DNA of 64,000 nt from positions 1 through 64,000 of the IMG/VR virus record IMGVR_UViG_3300021963_000023. One strand, 5' to 3'. Shown here piece after piece: positions 58,723 to 64,000 of this stretch (position 1 is its first letter; every line of letters begins with the position of its first letter). The position numbers were made by a program, and so were the translations under genes. The notes below the pieces were generated by a model, which did not search any database, was not told where the DNA came from, and was given only the letters and a program-made list of their open reading frames with translations.

Positions 58723-59454
58723 ATGATACAAAAGATAAAAGCATTTGTAATTGGATTATTATTATGCACCTTTGCACAAGATATAATCGCACAAACAATC
58801 GGTAAAACAAAAACAGAAGATTACAAGGCCGATTTTGAAAAAAAGAAAGACATATCGGCTTACTTAGATTATGATGGCCCTCAAATACCAATTCAAATAT
58901 TAAAAGCAGGTATATCAGATGAAATATACGAAATGTATCCCGAATTAAAAGAAAAACGTGTTGGTTTAGGTGTTGCCAATATTTCTATGGAATACTTGGA
59001 GAATTTAAATAGATTTATTTTTACTGAGGATAAAACAGAAATAAAGAACCGTATGGTTAAACAGTTTCAAGCGTCACAATCAGGTATTTCAGAAGATAAA
59101 TTAGATGGCCGAGGTAAAATTAGATTAGCAAAATATTTTGTAACAATTGAGTGTTACGATTATTCAATATCTGAAGACGAAACGATTAATCTAAAAGACG
59201 GTATAAAAGATAATATGGTAACTCGTATAGGTCTTCAGGTTAGATTTACCGATGCGGAAACTGGAGCTATGTTTGGGGCGTCTGGATTAGGTGAAGCGAC
59301 AACAAGAAGAGAATTAACTCTTTTATCTGATGCAACGATCGACCCAATTAAATTCAATCAATCAACAATTTCAATTGCAACTAAAAAGGCCTTAGACATC
59401 GCTTGTGCAAATATTCTTGACAGAATGATTAAAAAGGGCGTTTTTACAAAATAA
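58723..59454 (+). CDS. CsgG/HfaB-like secretion channel protein
   Basis: signal peptide; LENLNRFIFTE, AKYFVT..CYDY, IGLQVRFTDAETG...SGLGEA, ATKKAL..A. Confidence 0.7.
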   Translation: MIQKIKAFVIGLLLCTFAQDIIAQTIGKTKTEDYKADFEKKKDISAYLDYDGPQIPIQILKAGISDEIYEMYPELKEKRVGLGVANISMEYLENLNRFIFTEDKTEIKNRMVKQFQASQSGISEDKLDGRGKIRLAKYFVTIECYDYSISEDETINLKDGIKDNMVTRIGLQVRFTDAETGAMFGASGLGEATTRRELTLLSDATIDPIKFNQSTISIATKKALDIACANILDRMIKKGVFTK

Positions 59455-59525
59455 TAATTATTTAAATAGTAGTATAAAGGGGTTTAATTGCCCCTTTTTT
59501 TATATTTATAATAAAACGATAAAGT

Positions 59526-60341
59526 ATGAAAACGTTATTAATTACATTATTATTCATTCCAACTATTATGTTAGGACAGGTTTCATCTTGGAGAAGTAAT
59601 CCTCCTCAACCACAAAGAACTGAAACACCCAGAGTCCAACCAACAACCCCACAAAGAAATGATGTGAGTAGATGGAGAACACAAACAGAACCAATTAGAC
59701 CTGGTCAAGCTGTTCCACAACAACCATTGGTTAGAAGATGGAGAAGTAATGTGGCAAACCCATATGGCTACTATTGGGGAGATTGGGGTTGGTATCAACC
59801 GTTTCCTTACATTTGGTATGACGATTTTGGATGGAGACAAAGAAGTGTAGTTAGAATATATGAAAACGGTAAAAAAGATACAATTAGAAAAGAAACAGTT
59901 TACACATCTTTTGGTATTGGACATACAAATAATAAACAAGCCTCTTTTTGGGGCGCGGTAGGAGGTAAAAAAAGTTATTTTATTTTAGATTATACAATGT
60001 CATATGATATTGATCAAAATCAATATTATCCATACGGTACAATTAATGAGGTAGATTTCACACTAAGTAAAAACGATTTTATTAAACAAGGTGCTTTATA
60101 TCTTGGCGGAGGTAAAAGATTTGGTAAGTTAGGCGTTCATGGTATGATTGGATTTGGTAATGAGAATGTTAGATATCAAGGTAGAGACGCTCTTGGTGGT
60201 ATATCATTTCCAAAATCAAATTCAAATTTCACAACATTTAAAATTGGTATTATTAGAGACTTCAAATTTTTTACAATAAAATTAGATAGAGATCCAATAA
60301 GAAATTATAACCAAGTAAGTGTTGGTTTCCATAATAAGTAA
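59526..60341 (+). CDS. outer-membrane beta-barrel protein with P/Q/R-rich N-terminus
   Basis: signal peptide; C-terminal beta strands. Confidence 0.6.
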   Translation: MKTLLITLLFIPTIMLGQVSSWRSNPPQPQRTETPRVQPTTPQRNDVSRWRTQTEPIRPGQAVPQQPLVRRWRSNVANPYGYYWGDWGWYQPFPYIWYDDFGWRQRSVVRIYENGKKDTIRKETVYTSFGIGHTNNKQASFWGAVGGKKSYFILDYTMSYDIDQNQYYPYGTINEVDFTLSKNDFIKQGALYLGGGKRFGKLGVHGMIGFGNENVRYQGRDALGGISFPKSNSNFTTFKIGIIRDFKFFTIKLDRDPIRNYNQVSVGFHNK

Positions 60342-61756
60342 TGAAAAAAATATTATTTTTTATTTTTATTTTTATTTCGATAAAGTCATTTGGCCAAACC
60401 TATACACAAACATTTATTGATAAATGTAGTGGGGAAAAAAAGGTTGCTACAACAACAATGATGAATGGTTATGCAACAGTATCTTTTTATAATCAAGTAA
60501 GGACATTTTCACCATTAGAGGTTCAGTCAGGGGTTGTACAAGCTTGGTTATTAACAACTAAGACCACTTATGAAGCAATTACATGTCCAGTAATAAATAA
60601 CCCCATTGTACAACAAACGGTAACAAATGCTGCGGCACAAACGGCAGCAAATGCAGCATCATCAGCAGCTAGTAGTGCAGCTGCGGCGGCTAGTAGTTCA
60701 GCAAGTTCTGCAGCTAGCAGTTCTGCAAGTAGTGCTGCAGCAAGTTCAGCGGCATCAACACCGCCACCTATAACACCACCACCAGCTAGTAGTAGTTCAA
60801 CGCCACCACCGGCTAGTAGTTCTTCTTCATCAAGTAGTTCTTCTTCATCAAGTAGTTCTTCATCTTCTAGTTCATCATCCTCATCAGAATCTAAAACAGA
60901 AACAAAAACAGAGGCTAAAACAGAATCTAAGTCTGAAAGTAAAAGTGAGTCAAAATCAGAAAGTAAAAGCGAGGAAAAAAAGGAAGAGTCTAAATCAGAA
61001 ACTAAGGAAGAAAAGAAAGAAGAATCTAAATCAGAAGAAAAGAAGGAGGAAGAAAAGAAAGAGGAAAAAAAAGAAGAGAAGAAAAAAGAAAAAGCTGTTG
61101 CATCAAACCCTATGTTGTTATCCTCCGATTTGTCCGTTATTGAATCACCAGATGGTAGATGGTTACAATCGGCAACAGTTGGTGTATCAAAATCTTCATT
61201 AATGGGTGATGAAAGTTATTCTGCCAACGCGGTAATCATGAGTGATTTAAAAACGTTTATTGTCAGTGGTGGATATACTAAAATGGATTTTTCTAGTGGT
61301 AAGTTAAAAGCAATACATTCATATTCAACAGCCTTTGCATATCTAAATGGGGTATACATGAATTTGATGGGGTATACATACATTAAGCCAACAACAAAAT
61401 ATGGTGTGTTTGGATATAACGTTGGTTTAATAAATTTACTTATTAAGAACTCTACAGGTGGATATGATCATAATATGTCATCATCTGTTGTTGGATTTTG
61501 GACAAAACCATATCAGTACAATAAAAAATTAAGTATTTCACCACAGGTATTTACTATGTTCGCGCCATTATCTTGGAATAGTGTTACGGGCGGATCAACA
61601 GTAAACAGAAGTGTTGGGTTTTTATTAGGTTCTTCTTTTGATTATAAAATAACAAAAAGATTTGGATTCACAATAAACTATAAATTAAGCGGTAACACAT
61701 CAGCAGGATCACCATTTTTAAGTAACTTTTTAATTGGATCAAGGATGATTTTATAA
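60341..61756 (+). CDS. beta-barrel protein with Ser/Ala/Pro and Glu/Lys-rich stalk
   Basis: signal peptide; poly-S/EK linker; C-terminal barrel similar to 55386 (ISPQ.F.M; S.D.KITKRF.L..N). Confidence 0.65.
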   Translation: MKKILFFIFIFISIKSFGQTYTQTFIDKCSGEKKVATTTMMNGYATVSFYNQVRTFSPLEVQSGVVQAWLLTTKTTYEAITCPVINNPIVQQTVTNAAAQTAANAASSAASSAAAAASSSASSAASSSASSAAASSAASTPPPITPPPASSSSTPPPASSSSSSSSSSSSSSSSSSSSSSSSESKTETKTEAKTESKSESKSESKSESKSEEKKEESKSETKEEKKEESKSEEKKEEEKKEEKKEEKKKEKAVASNPMLLSSDLSVIESPDGRWLQSATVGVSKSSLMGDESYSANAVIMSDLKTFIVSGGYTKMDFSSGKLKAIHSYSTAFAYLNGVYMNLMGYTYIKPTTKYGVFGYNVGLINLLIKNSTGGYDHNMSSSVVGFWTKPYQYNKKLSISPQVFTMFAPLSWNSVTGGSTVNRSVGFLLGSSFDYKITKRFGFTINYKLSGNTSAGSPFLSNFLIGSRMIL

Positions 61757-61761
61757 AATAA

Positions 61762-61792
61762 AAAAACCCTTGTAAAAACAAGGGCCTTTTTT
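61762..61792. terminator. terminator between convergent operons
   Basis: CCCTTGT/ACAAGGG flanked by A and T tracts. Confidence 0.65.
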
Positions 61793-61842
61793 GGCAAGAA
61801 ATGACTAAACGCACTCTCTATACGTTTATGATACAATATAAA

Positions 61843-62196
61843 TTATTTTTTATTTTTTGTCAAGCTTTTATACAAACTTATTATTTCAGAACATTTTTCA
61901 TAATCTTCTATATCTTCAAAATATGGGATTACATGATCAATAAGAATATCGGGATCTTTTTTAGATAATTGAAATTCTGTTTTCCAGTCCATTATCTCAC
62001 CTTTACTCAATAATAAGCTAGCATTAACAACAAATTTAATTTCTTTTTTTCTTGTTGTTATTAAATGTTTAAACGAATCAACAACACCACCATAAATTAA
62101 TGGTTTGTTTTTATCTAAAAAATCTTCAAAAGAGTTATATTTTCCAGTTACGTGAACATCAAGTGTTTCTGGTTCGTTGGTGTTAGTTGTTCTCAT
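61843..62196 (-). CDS. hypothetical protein with UVR-like C-terminus
   Basis: EDIEDYEKCSEI. Confidence 0.6.
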   Translation of the reverse strand: MRTTNTNEPETLDVHVTGKYNSFEDFLDKNKPLIYGGVVDSFKHLITTRKKEIKFVVNASLLLSKGEIMDWKTEFQLSKKDPDILIDHVIPYFEDIEDYEKCSEIISLYKSLTKNKK

Positions 62197-63430
62197 TTTT
62201 AAATGGTTTTGAGTATGTTGGGTATAATAATTTCCAAATAGTTTGTTTAGGGTTTATCGAATCTAACATGTTAAATAAAATATTAGAGTGCCTATATTGT
62301 TTTGCTCTTAAAGCAAAGTCTTTTCTACTTAAATTTCGACCATTTAAATTTTCAAATATTTCTCTATAATCTTTTTCTATGTTTTCAAATCTTACTGTTA
62401 AATCACGGGCGGTTTCTTTTACCCAATTATTAAATTCATCCGGCACCTTTTCAAGTAATTCATCGAATGGTTTATTGTCTTTTAGGTATTCCCAAATATC
62501 TCTATTCGAGATGTTTGTTAGGATTCTGTGTAGGCGAATGTATTCGTCACCTTTTATTTTCATTCGAAAGCCATTCTTAAATCTGATTACATACCCTTCT
62601 TTATCGTTACTAATCTCTTCTTTAAGTAAATCATATCCTTCTCCCCATGTTTTATATAGGGTAACAACATTAATGTTTAAATTTTTTATTAGATTTTTTA
62701 ATCTAATATCTTCATTATTATCGTTGTGTATATTAACCTCATCACCAGTTTTGGTGTGGATCATACCAAGTAAAATTAAATCTTCAAAATCATAGTTACA
62801 AACTATTCTGTTTTCTGGGTAAATAATTTCAAACAAATATGTGTAATCTTTTGCCAATCGATTGTAGTCATATTTCTCTAATAATTCTCGACCTTTAATT
62901 GCTTGTGGCGAAGTAAATGAACCACGTGTTGCTAATATCCATTCACCCTTTGTTTTTGGTGTTGGGTCATAATAAGTGTTATCAAAATCAGGTAAATTGT
63001 TTGGATCAAAGAATCTTTCCATACCCGTTTCATAATTGTTATTAAACCATATGTTATATCTTCTTTCATCAGTTAATTCTTCTTCATAATAAAAAAGAAT
63101 ACCTAATGAACCATCCATTTTTTCATATACCTCAAAATTTTCATTTGGTAAATCCTCAGGTTTATGTTCCTCATAATTGAAGAATTTCTTGAATGGTCTT
63201 GCAACAATTTCACCTTTAGTGTTTGTAACTAGCCCACGACATTGTATGGTAATATCATCCCATAGTCTCTCATATTGAACTCTTGGAGAATAATTCCAAA
63301 TAGTTAAATCAAGAGTCGGGTGAGTTTGTTTATGCAACAAACCATCTTTGTAATATTTTTCTAATGTTGCTAACACAGTTCTTGAAAGGATTTTTTGATG
63401 GAGGATAAAGAGTCTTGGTAAACGATTCAA
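62183..63430 (-). CDS. T4 Rnl1-type RNA ligase
   Basis: CRGLV, PFKKFFN, EKMDGS motif I, TRGSF, FEII, EGYVI, KIK; true start may be the GTG at 63376. Confidence 0.88.
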   Translation of the reverse strand: MNRLPRLFILHQKILSRTVLATLEKYYKDGLLHKQTHPTLDLTIWNYSPRVQYERLWDDITIQCRGLVTNTKGEIVARPFKKFFNYEEHKPEDLPNENFEVYEKMDGSLGILFYYEEELTDERRYNIWFNNNYETGMERFFDPNNLPDFDNTYYDPTPKTKGEWILATRGSFTSPQAIKGRELLEKYDYNRLAKDYTYLFEIIYPENRIVCNYDFEDLILLGMIHTKTGDEVNIHNDNNEDIRLKNLIKNLNINVVTLYKTWGEGYDLLKEEISNDKEGYVIRFKNGFRMKIKGDEYIRLHRILTNISNRDIWEYLKDNKPFDELLEKVPDEFNNWVKETARDLTVRFENIEKDYREIFENLNGRNLSRKDFALRAKQYRHSNILFNMLDSINPKQTIWKLLYPTYSKPFKNENN

Positions 63431-63443
63431 TAAACTTACTCAT

Positions 63444-63866
63444 TTACAATTTGATTTGAAACCTATTTTTCATTTGTTTGAGTTTGTCTTCCGGAACGTT
63501 GTGTATGTTTTTACTATCGTGCCTGTTTTCAACAATTAAAGTGTGAATTCGATATTTGTATCTTTCTGCCATTTCAAAATACGGTTCCATTTCCCACTCT
63601 TCAGTAAAAGTATTGGCAATAACAATTTTTGAAAATTCTAATTTCATTCTATCTGCACATATTTGTTGACAATTAATATGTGCCTCTTTAATTTTACTAG
63701 CATCAAAGTGGTAAACACCCTTATCATCAGTAAAATAATTGTCTGCAGAAATAATATCTGGTTTAGTCCCCTGATTTGAATGAAGTATTACTTCTGCCAA
63801 TGTCGTTTTACCGGCGCCTGGCAGTCCTCTTAGTAATATTACATCACCGACCCATTCTTTTTCCAT
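63444..63866 (-). CDS. polynucleotide-kinase-like P-loop protein (AAA_33)
   Basis: LRGLPGAGKTT, SADNYF, NT, HNVP; adjacent to the RNA ligase. Confidence 0.8.
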   Translation of the reverse strand: MEKEWVGDVILLRGLPGAGKTTLAEVILHSNQGTKPDIISADNYFTDDKGVYHFDASKIKEAHINCQQICADRMKLEFSKIVIANTFTEEWEMEPYFEMAERYKYRIHTLIVENRHDSKNIHNVPEDKLKQMKNRFQIKL

Positions 63867-64000
63867 GCTACTTATCTTTATTAATAATTACTTCCAATTT
63901 CTTAATTCTAACGTCTAAAGACTTCATTTCGTCTCTATAATGGTTTACAATTGAGAGGACCATTAATAACATTAAAATGGTAACCACAAATAAAATAAAG

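Noticed and set aside
60630-61090. Low-complexity repeats as a non-coding repeat array
   Set aside because: They encode the Ala/Ser/Pro and Glu/Lys linker of ORF 60341
50912-61756. Envelope locus as host chromosomal contamination or misassembly
   Set aside because: Similar base composition and the same phage TATTTAT motif (50901, 59503) as the rest of the window, and it is flanked by phage tRNA and ligase genes
62940-63090. Insertion in the RNA ligase after motif I as a possible intein or intron
   Set aside because: Only about 45 aa, in frame, with no C/S...HN intein ends; probably a loop insertion
1-64000. Stop-codon recoding (TAG read as sense), as in some large Bacteroidetes phages
   Set aside because: Genes are full length under code 11 and several end cleanly at TAG; only a doubtful CUA tRNA-like RNA is present

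Overview
AT-rich, gene-dense 64 kb segment of a large (jumbo/huge) dsDNA phage, using the standard genetic code. The host is most likely a Bacteroidetes bacterium, because several promoters match TTTG-N19-TAnnTTTG exactly and most genes lack Shine-Dalgarno sites. Five blocks stand out. (1) About 0-38 kb: roughly 28 unrelated proteins share short N-terminal leaders (MKxIxLTESxL / MKQTLNEQV / MKFKDIL..xE), many sitting just behind a TATTTAT(A) motif. They look like capsid-packaged, protease-matured, injected cargo, and are interspersed with a GH19 endolysin, a GMP reductase/IMPDH, a nuclease and glycosyltransferases. (2) A DUF2589-like gene pair and a tmRNA with an unusually long tag. (3) About 43.9-50.8 kb: a minus-strand RNA island with an ~800-nt GOLLD-like RNA, 23 conventional tRNAs (19 amino acids, no Val), two giant tRNA-like RNAs, several orphan structured RNAs, boxA-like motifs and two leader-peptide/terminator/antiterminator modules. 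(4) About 50.9-61.8 kb: a co-oriented envelope locus with a CsgG-like channel, beta-barrels, lipoproteins and two secreted cohesin/dockerin-like proteins, one carrying a C-type lectin. (5) An Rnl1-type RNA ligase plus a Pnk-like kinase. All family calls come from motifs read by eye; no database search was run.
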